A DNA stretch of 63,521 nt, the filler included, from Methanobacteriota archaeon (GTDB lineage: Archaea; JACRDV01): assembly GCA_024860865.1 (NCBI GenBank). It is 10 parts of 10 records of this genome, joined end to end, with 100 filler letters (N's around TTAATTAATTAA, not from the genome) between each part and the next. Parts side by side here need not be neighbours in the genome. Positions count along the whole stretch, not along the records: positions 16,439 to 23,696 come from JACRDV010000001.1; positions 23,797 to 29,360 come from JACRDV010000012.1; positions 29,461 to 36,937 come from JACRDV010000059.1; 7 more parts are not named here. One strand, 5' to 3'. Position numbers and translations under genes: made by a program. Shown in pieces: positions 20,526-29,595 of the stretch. Position 1 is the stretch's first letter. Each line of letters starts with the position of its first letter. Below the pieces are notes generated by a model. That model had not been told where the DNA came from, did no database searches, and was given only the letters and a program-made list of their open reading frames with translations.

Positions 20526-20726
20526 AAACTCGTTGACAAAATCCTTCCCCATAGCATCACAGCTATTTTCGCAACTGCCTTCGGATAGTTTTTGGCATAA
20601 CTTTTAATCTTGCAGAAATTAAACATTATATATAATGCTAATGCAATTTTGGTAATGAGTTGTAAATTGATTTCAAGCTGTTAACAGGGAGTATGCTCGG
20701 TTATTAGATTTGCATAGGAGAAAACC

Positions 20727-21611
20727 ATGACTAAAAGTGAACTAATTAAAAGTTTAGAATCTGGAAAATTTACTATAACTGCTGAGATTGAAGCTCCAAA
20801 GGGAATTAATACTGAAAAAATAATCCAAAATGCACAGCTCTTAAAGGGCTACGTTACAGCCATAAATGTAACCGATTGTCCTCTTGGTAATGTTATGATG
20901 AATTCCCTAGTCCCTTGCCATTTAATCCAAGAAAAAGTTGGTGTTGAGGCAGTTTTACAGATGACTTGCCGTGATAGAAATAGAATCGGAATTCAAGCGG
21001 ACTTCCTTGGAGCAGCTGCTCTTGGAATAAAAAATATCCTGGCTTTGACTGGAGATCATCCTAGACTTGGGGACCACCCTCAAGCAAAACCAGTTTTTGA
21101 TTTAGACTCTGTTCAGCTCACAATGCTAATTAAAAAACTAAACGAAGGGTTTGACTTTAATGGACATAAACTAGAAGGAACACCGAAGTTCCACATAGGA
21201 GTTGCAGCAACTCCAGGCGCTGATCCTCTCGAACTTGAAATAATTAAACTAGAGAAAAAAATGGAAGCTGGAGCAGAGTTTGTTCAAACGCAGGCAGTAT
21301 ATGATATCAATATTTTAGATAAATTCATGGATGCAGTGAGCCATCTTTCAATAAAAGTTTTGGTTGGAGTTGTTCCTTTAAAGTCAGCTGGAATGGCCAA
21401 ATATATGAACAAACATGTTCCTGGAATTAAGATACCAGAAGACATTATTAAAAGAATGGAGAAAGCAGAAGAACCTATAAAGGAAGGTAATACCATCGCC
21501 GCTGAGTTTTTAAAAGCAGTAAAAGGATCTAAAGCACACGGTGCCCATATAATGGCAGTTGGAACTCAACAATATGTTCCAACGATAATAAAACAAGCTG
21601 GATTAATCTAG
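20727..21611 (+). CDS. metF: Methylene-THF reductase MetF
   Basis: AINVTD, TCRDRNR, ALTGD, KKMEAGAEFVQTQ. Confidence 0.93.
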   Translation: MTKSELIKSLESGKFTITAEIEAPKGINTEKIIQNAQLLKGYVTAINVTDCPLGNVMMNSLVPCHLIQEKVGVEAVLQMTCRDRNRIGIQADFLGAAALGIKNILALTGDHPRLGDHPQAKPVFDLDSVQLTMLIKKLNEGFDFNGHKLEGTPKFHIGVAATPGADPLELEIIKLEKKMEAGAEFVQTQAVYDINILDKFMDAVSHLSIKVLVGVVPLKSAGMAKYMNKHVPGIKIPEDIIKRMEKAEEPIKEGNTIAAEFLKAVKGSKAHGAHIMAVGTQQYVPTIIKQAGLI

Positions 21612-21626
21612 TAATAACCTAAGTCA

Positions 21627-22304
21627 ATGAAAAAAATGAAAATTTTTGCTATTATCCCCATCGCCAAGCTAACCAAAGGTAAGTCTAGATTAACCTCAAC
21701 TTTAAATCTAGCGCAGCGAAAGCAGTTGATATTGGTAATGCTCAGAGATATACTCCGCGCAATTTCTAAAACCAATGTCATCGATAAGATAATAATTGTA
21801 ACTCCAGAAACTTCGCTTGAAAATTTTTTAAGCTCAGCCATTTTTTTAAAAGATGATAAAAACAACATTGATGAAGCAGTAGCTATTGCAACCAATTTTG
21901 CAGTTAAAAATGGCGCTGATGCTACCCTTTTCTTGCCTGGAGATATCCCGCTACTTCAACCAATTGATATAGAAAAAATTGTAAGTCTTTCAGAAGAGAA
22001 TTCTATTGTGATCTCTCCATCAAAAGATGGTGGCACCAGCGCGCTTTTGCGCATGCCTGCAAATATTATCGGCACAAAATTTGGAAAAAACAGCCTTGTA
22101 GAGCATATAAAGAGAGCATATAAAAAAAGAGTTAAGGTAAAAATGTATCTTTCACAAAACTTAACATTTGATGTGGATGAACCTGCAGACTTAGAAAAGG
22201 TTCTCCAAAATGGAAAAGGAACTTCTACATCTAAACTTTTAAAAGAATTTAAAATCAATTACAATTTTCTGAGAAAGCCATTACTTAATGGAAAGCCTAA
22301 GTAG
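21627..22304 (+). CDS. cofC: 2-phospho-L-lactate/PEP guanylyltransferase
   Basis: GKSRL, GDIPLL, DGGTSAL, FG..S..H, DVDEPADL. Confidence 0.9.
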   Translation: MKKMKIFAIIPIAKLTKGKSRLTSTLNLAQRKQLILVMLRDILRAISKTNVIDKIIIVTPETSLENFLSSAIFLKDDKNNIDEAVAIATNFAVKNGADATLFLPGDIPLLQPIDIEKIVSLSEENSIVISPSKDGGTSALLRMPANIIGTKFGKNSLVEHIKRAYKKRVKVKMYLSQNLTFDVDEPADLEKVLQNGKGTSTSKLLKEFKINYNFLRKPLLNGKPK

Positions 22305-22463
22305 TTTCTTAAGAAATTTAAGCATATACATAACAGAAGATATTTAAGAATCCAAATGCATCTGATAATTTAATAAAAAAGTAGAAGTGATTATGAACTT
22401 GCAACTCTTTCCTAAGTATTGCAAAATCTTTTGAAATATTCTAAAAGTTGCAGAGGAACAAAA

Positions 22464-23012
22464 ATGTTCATAGATCTAAGAGATTTTTATATAAAATTGG
22501 ATAATTTTGGTGGAAAAATAAAATATGACGAATCAGAGTTTACAAAACTCGCAACGGAATTAGGCAGTGCCATGAAAAAGGGTATCAAATTGCCACCTGA
22601 AGTTGTTGATAAAATTGTCACTAATATTTCTGAAACCTATCACAGCTTGGGCGAATACTATGAAGACACAAAAAAAGAATTCAATTATGTACTAAATCAA
22701 TTTAATGAAGTTTATTCCTCTCTAAAATCCTTAAAAGAAGAACTTTCAAATAAAAAGGAAGAGGAAATGGAAAGAGCTTTCCTTTTAAAAGCTAATAAGA
22801 TTTATAGCGATGCTGTTTTTGCTTATTCTCTATATATTGAAATCTGTGCTAAACTAGATAACACCCTCAATGATTTCGCAGGTGTTATCGGACAAGTTAA
22901 GGGAATAATAGAGATAACCAAGGGTTTTCAAGGCGAAAAAATAATTTCAATGGAAGAAATTGAAAAAATCCAACACTCAGTAGGAGAGTTTACTTGGAGG
23001 TATATCTGGTGA
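22464..23012 (+). CDS. Hypothetical alpha-helical/coiled-coil protein
   Basis: GAGGA RBS; no recognised motif. Confidence 0.6.
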   Translation: MFIDLRDFYIKLDNFGGKIKYDESEFTKLATELGSAMKKGIKLPPEVVDKIVTNISETYHSLGEYYEDTKKEFNYVLNQFNEVYSSLKSLKEELSNKKEEEMERAFLLKANKIYSDAVFAYSLYIEICAKLDNTLNDFAGVIGQVKGIIEITKGFQGEKIISMEEIEKIQHSVGEFTWRYIW

Positions 23013-23231
23013 ATCCTCCACAAATAATGTGAACCCAGCGATAGCTTAACTATCACATGTAGTTCCCTGCTTCAAAGACTCAATTTGCCTTCCATTCAAG
23101 ACGGTGATTGAATCTCACAGTTTTTAATATTCAAGGGTTTAGTATCGTTTCACATCACTACACTTGATGTTTATGCTCCTTAAGTTCACGCAAATAATCG
23201 CCCACACTAAAAGAAATAAAAAATTATTTAA

Positions 23232-23600
23232 ATGGAGGTAGCTCCCTTAAGAAACATGGGAGAAACAACCACTTTAATCAAAATCTATGGCGAATCCGAT
23301 TTTATACAGGTCGAAGCCTTAGTAGACACTGGAGCTACCTTCACTAAATTGTCAAGTTCTATCGCTAAAAAACTTGGACTTAAAGTCCAATATGAAACTA
23401 CTGTGGAGTTATCTGACGGTAGGTTAGTTAAAAGAGGTTTAGCCTTAGCAGAAGTTGAGATCGAAGGTGTGAGAAGACCAATGCTAATCGCGATATCTGA
23501 AGAGAGACCTTTAGTCGGATATACAACCTTAGAAATTTTAGGCTTTAAGATTAATCCCATAACCAGAAAATTAGAGAAATCTTTTGCGATTGAGTATTAA
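23232..23600 (+). CDS. Retroviral-like (clan AA) aspartyl protease
   Basis: ALVDTGAT, PLVGYTTLE. Confidence 0.85.
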   Translation: MEVAPLRNMGETTTLIKIYGESDFIQVEALVDTGATFTKLSSSIAKKLGLKVQYETTVELSDGRLVKRGLALAEVEIEGVRRPMLIAISEERPLVGYTTLEILGFKINPITRKLEKSFAIEY

Positions 23601-23849
23601 AAGACTGAGCATTTTAGAGACCAGTTGTTGGTGTGGAAAGAATGAATTGTTTGATTTGACGGAAGAACAAACCCTTTTGGAAATAAGTATTAGCAGNNNN
23701 NNNNNNNNNNNNNNNNNNNNNNNNNNNNNNNNNNNNNNNNTTAATTAATTAANNNNNNNNNNNNNNNNNNNNNNNNNNNNNNNNNNNNNNNNNNNNAATT
23801 TCAACTTGCTTTTGTTAGTCAAAATAAATTGTATTAAATAGGTTAAAAT

Positions 23850-26084
23850 ATGGCTGAATATATTACTCACCCGCTAATCAAACCAAATACAATTGAAGCT
23901 CGACCGTACCAACAAAGTATGCTAGCTACAGCCATCTCAAAAAATACCCTTTGTGTGCTCCCAACAGCTTTAGGTAAGACTGCACTATCTCTCATGTTGG
24001 CAGCACATCGATTACAAAAATTTCCAGAATTTAAAATTATCTTTATGGCTCCAACAAAACCGCTAGTTGAGCAGCATTTTTCATTCTTTAATAAAGCATT
24101 AAAAATTGAACCTGAAGGGATGGCTGTTTTTACGGGCGAAATACAACCTGAACATAGATTGCAGTTATGGGAAAAAATAAAGATTGGATTTGCTACACCC
24201 CAGTGTGTAGAAAATGATTTAGTTTCTTCAAGGCTTAATTTGAAAAATGTTGGTTTGGTTATTTTTGATGAGGCTCATCGCTGCATTGGCGACTATTCTT
24301 ACAAATTTATTGCTGACCAGTACATCAAGAATGCAACTAATCCATTGATCCTAGGGCTGACGGCGTCGCCAGGCGGTGATGAAGATAGAATAAAAGAAGT
24401 TTGCCAGAATCTACATATCGAAGCCGTTGAGATCAGGAAAGAAAATGATCCTGATGTAAGGCCTTATGTTCAAAAAATTGATGCTGATTGGAGATATGTT
24501 GCTCTTCCAGAGGATTTTAAGAAATTACAACTCTGTTTAAGAAGTTCTCTTGAAAGAAGGCTCTCAACTTTACGCGAACTCGGTTATTGGAGGAATGACC
24601 AGGCAACGAAGAAAGGATTGCTAGAACTTAGAGAGAGACTTCAAGGGATTCTAAGTAAAGAACTCCAACCACCAAGAGAAGTTTTTATTGGAATTTTGAT
24701 GGGCAACATCGCTTTTAAAGCTTTACATGCACTTGAATTGTTAGAGACGCAAGGAACAACTGCTCTTTCAAAATATTTTGAGAGACTAATCAACCAAAAA
24801 TCAAAAGGAGCGAAAACTTTCTTAAATGATAATGAAGTTGTTGAAGCCAAAATACTTTTGCGAAAACTACTGGCTGAAAATATAGAACATCCAAAGATCC
24901 AAAAGTCCATTGAAATAATCCAAAACCAATTAAACGATAATCCCAATTCTAAGATAATTTTGTTCACTCACTTTAGAGATACTGCTGAAAAAATGGTTAA
25001 CTTGCTATCAAAAATAGATGGGATAAGACCGGTTAGATTTGTAGGTCAAAGTGATAAACTCAACGATCCGGGCTTATCGCAAAAAGAACAAATTGAAATA
25101 CTCGAGCGCTTTCGGTCTGGAAACTATAATGTTCTTGTAGCTAGTCAGGTGGCAGAGGAGGGTCTCAACATACCATCAGTTGATTTGGTGGTTTTTTACG
25201 AACCAGTTCCAAGTGAAATTAGAACAATTCAAAGGCGAGGAAGGACAGGCAGACTTCGCCCCGGGAAAGCAGTTGTTTTAATAGCTAAGGGGACTCGCGA
25301 TGAAGCTTATTATTGGAGAAGTTTTTATAAAGAACAAAAAATGAGAAAGATACTCAATTATTTGCCAACTGAACTAAAACCTCAACCGGAGCAAATGGCT
25401 ATTACTGAATTTGCTGAGAGAAACCAAAAAATTACGATCTATGTTGATTCAAGAGAGCTTGCGTCTGGGATTGGCAGAGAGTTGTTGGAGTACAACATAA
25501 ACATTCAATCTACTCAGTTAGAAGTGGCAGATTACTTGCTGTCTAATAGAATTGGTGTTGAGAGAAAAACAGTTGAAGACTTCTTACAATCATTAATTGA
25601 TGGGCGCTTATTGTCTCAATTAATAGAATTAAAAAGAAACTTTGCAAAGCCAATTTTAATTGTAGAGGGAGAGGACCTTTACTCCCACAGAAACATACAC
25701 CCAAATGCAATACGCGGAGTAATAGCAAGTATTGCAGTAGACCTTGGAATGCCAATGATTTGGACAAAAGATAGGCAAGAAACAGCTGCATTTCTATTTT
25801 CAATAGCTAAGAGAGAGCAAGAAGAGCAAAAAGTTGAAATTAGATTAAGAGGAGAAAAAAAGGCTATGACATTAGCTGAACAACAGCAATTTATAGTAGA
25901 AGGGTTACCAGGGATTTCAGCTGAGCTAGCCAAGCGCTTGCTTGAGAAGTTTGAAACAATTCGAAAAATAGTTAATGCTTCCCAAGAGGAGCTCAAAGAA
26001 GTCAAAGGAATAGGAGAAAGCAGGGCAAAAGAAATAGAAACAATGGTTACATCTAAGTATCAATCGGAAGAAAATGAGAATTAA
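23850..26084 (+). CDS. hef: Hef helicase-nuclease (SF2 helicase + ERCC4 + HhH)
   Basis: PTALGKT, DEAH, LTASP, QRRGRTGR; VDSRE, ERKT; HhH. Confidence 0.95.
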   Translation: MAEYITHPLIKPNTIEARPYQQSMLATAISKNTLCVLPTALGKTALSLMLAAHRLQKFPEFKIIFMAPTKPLVEQHFSFFNKALKIEPEGMAVFTGEIQPEHRLQLWEKIKIGFATPQCVENDLVSSRLNLKNVGLVIFDEAHRCIGDYSYKFIADQYIKNATNPLILGLTASPGGDEDRIKEVCQNLHIEAVEIRKENDPDVRPYVQKIDADWRYVALPEDFKKLQLCLRSSLERRLSTLRELGYWRNDQATKKGLLELRERLQGILSKELQPPREVFIGILMGNIAFKALHALELLETQGTTALSKYFERLINQKSKGAKTFLNDNEVVEAKILLRKLLAENIEHPKIQKSIEIIQNQLNDNPNSKIILFTHFRDTAEKMVNLLSKIDGIRPVRFVGQSDKLNDPGLSQKEQIEILERFRSGNYNVLVASQVAEEGLNIPSVDLVVFYEPVPSEIRTIQRRGRTGRLRPGKAVVLIAKGTRDEAYYWRSFYKEQKMRKILNYLPTELKPQPEQMAITEFAERNQKITIYVDSRELASGIGRELLEYNINIQSTQLEVADYLLSNRIGVERKTVEDFLQSLIDGRLLSQLIELKRNFAKPILIVEGEDLYSHRNIHPNAIRGVIASIAVDLGMPMIWTKDRQETAAFLFSIAKREQEEQKVEIRLRGEKKAMTLAEQQQFIVEGLPGISAELAKRLLEKFETIRKIVNASQEELKEVKGIGESRAKEIETMVTSKYQSEENEN

Positions 26085-26429
26085 TTGGTAATTTCTATGG
26101 AGAAGGCAGCACAAGACATCAAAAAGGCAGCTGCTGATATTAAACAAGCAGCAACTGAACTGCTTGATGGGTTTAAAAAAACAGTATCCAATACGCCGCA
26201 ATTTACTCTATATGCAACAATCGATTTTGAATATAGCCGTGAGAATGATATCCATCACGTTTTAATTACTTTTGACGGTTGCAATGGAGAAGAATTGTCT
26301 TTTCTTGCATCAAAGCTATTGCAATATTCGCCTGGCAAAGTTGATTATTGGGAGGTTTTTATTGAATATTTTGACCCAAAAACTGAGGAATGGAAAGAAT
26401 ATAGGTTTGAAGAAGCTGAAGAAGAATAA
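26085..26429 (+). CDS. Hypothetical protein
   Basis: Abuts hef; N-terminal KAAQDIK/KAAADIK heptads. Confidence 0.6.
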   Translation: MVISMEKAAQDIKKAAADIKQAATELLDGFKKTVSNTPQFTLYATIDFEYSRENDIHHVLITFDGCNGEELSFLASKLLQYSPGKVDYWEVFIEYFDPKTEEWKEYRFEEAEEE

Positions 26430-26789
26430 TTACTTGAATTCTTGTACTCTTCTTAATACTTGAAGCAATAAATCCATGTTTTTTAATATCTCAGCAATTG
26501 CTTCGCTCTCGCGCTCTATCTTAAGTTGATTTGCTAACTCTCTAAGTTTTTCAGACAACACGCTTTCAAGCAGCTCAAGATCAACTTTTTCTGGGGCAGG
26601 TATTTTTGGACTTGGTGCAACTTCAGGCTTTGGTTTCTCTTCAATTGTAACTTTCTTACGGCAAGAAGGGCAGATTATTTCGCCTTGATATTCAAAAAGT
26701 GGGCTTCGACACTCCTTGCAATGATGCGCTAGCATCCGCCCGCCGGAGTACAATATTTCAACCATTTTCTCTAAATTTTGCTTTTCCAT
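26430..26789 (-). CDS. Zn-ribbon protein, UPF0148 / autoantigen-p27 family
   Basis: GGRMLAHHCKECRSPLF...ICPSC. Confidence 0.85.
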   Translation of the reverse strand: MEKQNLEKMVEILYSGGRMLAHHCKECRSPLFEYQGEIICPSCRKKVTIEEKPKPEVAPSPKIPAPEKVDLELLESVLSEKLRELANQLKIERESEAIAEILKNMDLLLQVLRRVQEFK

Positions 26790-26971
26790 CGTCTAACCAA
26801 AAATTTTGGAATCGTACCTTGTATAATGAGTCCCATTCTAAAGAATATAACTACATCATAATTTATTTAATAATTCCCGCACCAGAACAAGTGGGGGTTA
26901 CCGAAAGTATTAAACAATTCATCCATCAACTAAAAGCAGACAGTATTCTTGGCTTTAAATCAGGTGGTTCA

Positions 26972-27244
26972 ATGCAGAAAATAAGCCCTAATGAAAAACT
27001 TAAACAAGTTGCTGAGGTTCTAGTTCAAATTGTCGAGGATACCTCAGTCCCCAGGAATATACGCAGGGCAGCAACGGAGGCACGAGATATACTTCTAAAA
27101 GAAGACCAATCGCCTGCCCTCAGGGCAAGCACGGTTATTACTATACTTGACGATATGGCTAACGACCCAAATATTCCAGTGCATGCGCGCACATTGGTCT
27201 GGAATGTAGCTAGTGAATTAGAGCCCATAGCGGTTGAAAAATGA
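26972..27244 (+). CDS. UPF0147 family protein
   Basis: DTSVPRNIRRAA, NDPNIPVHART; AGGTGG RBS. Confidence 0.9.
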   Translation: MQKISPNEKLKQVAEVLVQIVEDTSVPRNIRRAATEARDILLKEDQSPALRASTVITILDDMANDPNIPVHARTLVWNVASELEPIAVEK

Positions 27245-27371
27245 CTTTTTTCGCTTTATTTTGCTTAATAAACAAAATTTAATAATTTCGTTATTTTATT
27301 ATATTATGTATAGTTTAAATAGTTATTTTTTAATACTAAACTTAATATTCCTGATCCGTGGAGTTGTTCAG

Positions 27372-27959
27372 TTGCCTAACCACACAAAATTGTTTGGCCA
27401 ACAAATAACTGAAAAAATTCTGGCCATCACAAAATTAGTCGGAATTACTTCAGACAGAGAGCTTCACAAAATTTTCCAGACTATTTTTGGAAAAGTAAGC
27501 ATCGAGACTTTTAAAAACCACATTGCAGAGGCCATTCAAACAAAAGATTTGATTGATGTGCCAAAGGATGTTTTAAAAAATATCCCATTTAAATCCAAAA
27601 GGTTCCTTTTGCTCGGACCTTCTGAAAGTGCTCCTAGCGATAAAGAGCTTTGGAAAAGTATTACAACACTTGGAATTACATATAGAGATCCTCTTGAATT
27701 TGTTGGTTGGGAAAAGTTAGCTGCTAAAAAGTGGCTTGCGCTAGAGCAGAAAATTAATGAGTTGAAGTCTCAATTACAAGGTGAATTAAGCCCTAAGTCA
27801 AAGCAAGCTATTGAAATAAAATATTTTGAATTAACTGTAGAATATCATCAACTTTCAAATTGGTTCTATGGAAAAATTGAAAACAATTCTAGAAAAGATT
27901 TGCTAAATATTTTAGAGACTTTAAAAGAACATTTTGATTCTCCTAAGTATATTATTTAG
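27372..27959 (+). CDS. Orphan protein, possible N-terminal wHTH plus C-terminal coiled coil
   Basis: GTGGAG RBS then TTG; helical pattern; no firm family. Confidence 0.6.
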   Translation: MPNHTKLFGQQITEKILAITKLVGITSDRELHKIFQTIFGKVSIETFKNHIAEAIQTKDLIDVPKDVLKNIPFKSKRFLLLGPSESAPSDKELWKSITTLGITYRDPLEFVGWEKLAAKKWLALEQKINELKSQLQGELSPKSKQAIEIKYFELTVEYHQLSNWFYGKIENNSRKDLLNILETLKEHFDSPKYII

Positions 27960-27967
27960 GTGGAATT

Positions 27968-28795
27968 TTGGTTTTTTCTGTTATGCTTGGATCTATCGGA
28001 ATCTCTGCTCTTGATCGAATTGGTGCTCTCGATGCCTTCCAAAGAATTTCAGATGCTACATTGGTTGGTTTTTTAAATGAAATCTCTGAAAAATATCCTA
28101 ACCTTGCTGAAAGATTACGGCCTAGAGCATGGGAAGAAAACAACTTGCGGGCTGAATTCTCAAAGGATGAGTTGATATTTGACGAGGCTGAACGGGCCCT
28201 GAAGACAAAATTTAAGCTTGAATTGCCTGAACGGCTGCTTGAGACATGGAGTGAAAAATATGAGTTCAAACCCGTCATTAAGGTTGAGACCCATTTGAGG
28301 CTTCAAACGGGCTTAATTGAAGTTTACTTGCCTATAAAATATAACATCATTATTGAGAGAATTGGGTATATGTTAGCGCATTATTTAAAAAATGACCCAT
28401 TAGAATTTCGTAGGGTTCGATTTGATGAAACGCATTTAGATGGTTGGATTAACTGGGTAATGTTTAAAGAGCTAAGAAGCGCTAGATTTAAAGAGGTGCA
28501 AAAGGGAAATTTAAGGAATGTATATTTTAATGGATTTCAGTTAACTGAGGACCCGGACTATAAAGCATATAGAGAAAATAATTTCGGTCGGCTTCATGCT
28601 ATTAGTTTTTTAGCTGAGACTTCTTTGGATAAAACTGTTGCAATTTCAATCAGCGGAGACAAGGGCAAAATCACGGTATTTACTGAAGATTTATCAGATG
28701 TTGAGCACGCAGTAGATCGAGCAGAAGAAATTCTAGCAATAAAAAATAAGAGAGAGAACAAGTTCAACTTCATTAAAAAATTATTTTTTAAATAA
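27968..28795 (+). CDS. Orphan alpha/beta protein with C-terminal amphipathic tail
   Basis: AGGTGG RBS; coupled to previous gene; ends FNFIKKLFFK. Confidence 0.7.
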   Translation: MVFSVMLGSIGISALDRIGALDAFQRISDATLVGFLNEISEKYPNLAERLRPRAWEENNLRAEFSKDELIFDEAERALKTKFKLELPERLLETWSEKYEFKPVIKVETHLRLQTGLIEVYLPIKYNIIIERIGYMLAHYLKNDPLEFRRVRFDETHLDGWINWVMFKELRSARFKEVQKGNLRNVYFNGFQLTEDPDYKAYRENNFGRLHAISFLAETSLDKTVAISISGDKGKITVFTEDLSDVEHAVDRAEEILAIKNKRENKFNFIKKLFFK

Positions 28796-28875
28796 AATGC
28801 TTGCAAATACTCTCAGTCACCTTTTCCCTGCTGTTCGATCATCTAGGTCTAAATAAATTTCAAAAATTTTTTAGT

Positions 28876-29112
28876 TCACTTTTCAAAAATTGGCTCAACA
28901 ACTTCATACGCTCGAAGTTTTCCCCTCGTTATTTTTTTCGAGAGTTCTTGGAGAAAACTCTCTCCTAAGTCATCATTCGAAACAACTAAAACGCTCTTTT
29001 GCAAGCGCTCGATTTCTAACCCAATATTCATTGCTCTTTGAATTGCTCGAAAAATTCGTGCTCGCTCTGCCCCGCTTTTACTGTCATATAAAATTAGTAT
29101 TTTTGTTCTCAA
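28876..29112 (-). CDS. Stand-alone Cas2/VapD-fold protein
   Basis: ILILYD...R.RIFR...ERLQKSVL pattern; 78 aa; GGGTGA RBS. Confidence 0.6.
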   Translation of the reverse strand: MRTKILILYDSKSGAERARIFRAIQRAMNIGLEIERLQKSVLVVSNDDLGESFLQELSKKITRGKLRAYEVVEPIFEK

Positions 29113-29118
29113 TTCATC

Positions 29119-29358
29119 ATCACCCGTAACTAAAGTTATGGGCCAACTATGTTCGTTTAAACTGATAATCTTTTTCAGTATATTAGATTAAACGTAACTA
29201 TAGTTACGCTTGGATCCAACCCCATAATTTCATGTGGAATCCAAATAATTTCGGATATTTTCCAATAGAAACATAACTAAAGTTACACTAAAAACAAGTA
29301 AAAACCATCATTGCACAGGAAATATAGGGGTGCGCACATAACTAAAGTTACGCTAAAA
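29119..29358. repeat. Four palindromic repeats with core TAACT(A/T)AAGTTA-type sequence, spaced 68, 79 and 65 bp
   Basis: Cores at 29127 (TAACTAAAGTTA), 29195 (TAACTATAGTTA), 29274 and 29339; copies 3 and 4 share 22 of 23 bp; array reaches contig end. Confidence 0.8.
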
Positions 29359-29460
29359 TGNNNNNNNNNNNNNNNNNNNNNNNNNNNNNNNNNNNNNNNN
29401 NNNNTTAATTAATTAANNNNNNNNNNNNNNNNNNNNNNNNNNNNNNNNNNNNNNNNNNNN

Positions 29461-29590
29461 TACCTTTGGAAAGATGTTTTAAAAGCAGTTTTTGTTCAAT
29501 TTTTCTCATGTACTCAATGCGCGGATTTTGGTAATAAGTATCATATTCTAAAGCAAGCTTATCATAATACTCGCGCAAGCGCTTTTCCAT
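29461..29590 (-). CDS. Class I SAM methyltransferase, N-terminal fragment
   Basis: YYDKLALEYD...IEQKLL; cut by spacer. Confidence 0.55.
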
Positions 29591-29595
29591 AGCTT

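Noticed and set aside
23013-23230. Possible gene remnant between the helical ORF and the aspartyl protease
   Set aside because: No recognisable motif in the frames I read.
29119-29358. Canonical CRISPR array call
   Set aside because: Repeats are short and degenerate, spacing is uneven, there is no GAAA(C/G) end and no cas1; kept only as a CRISPR-like finding.
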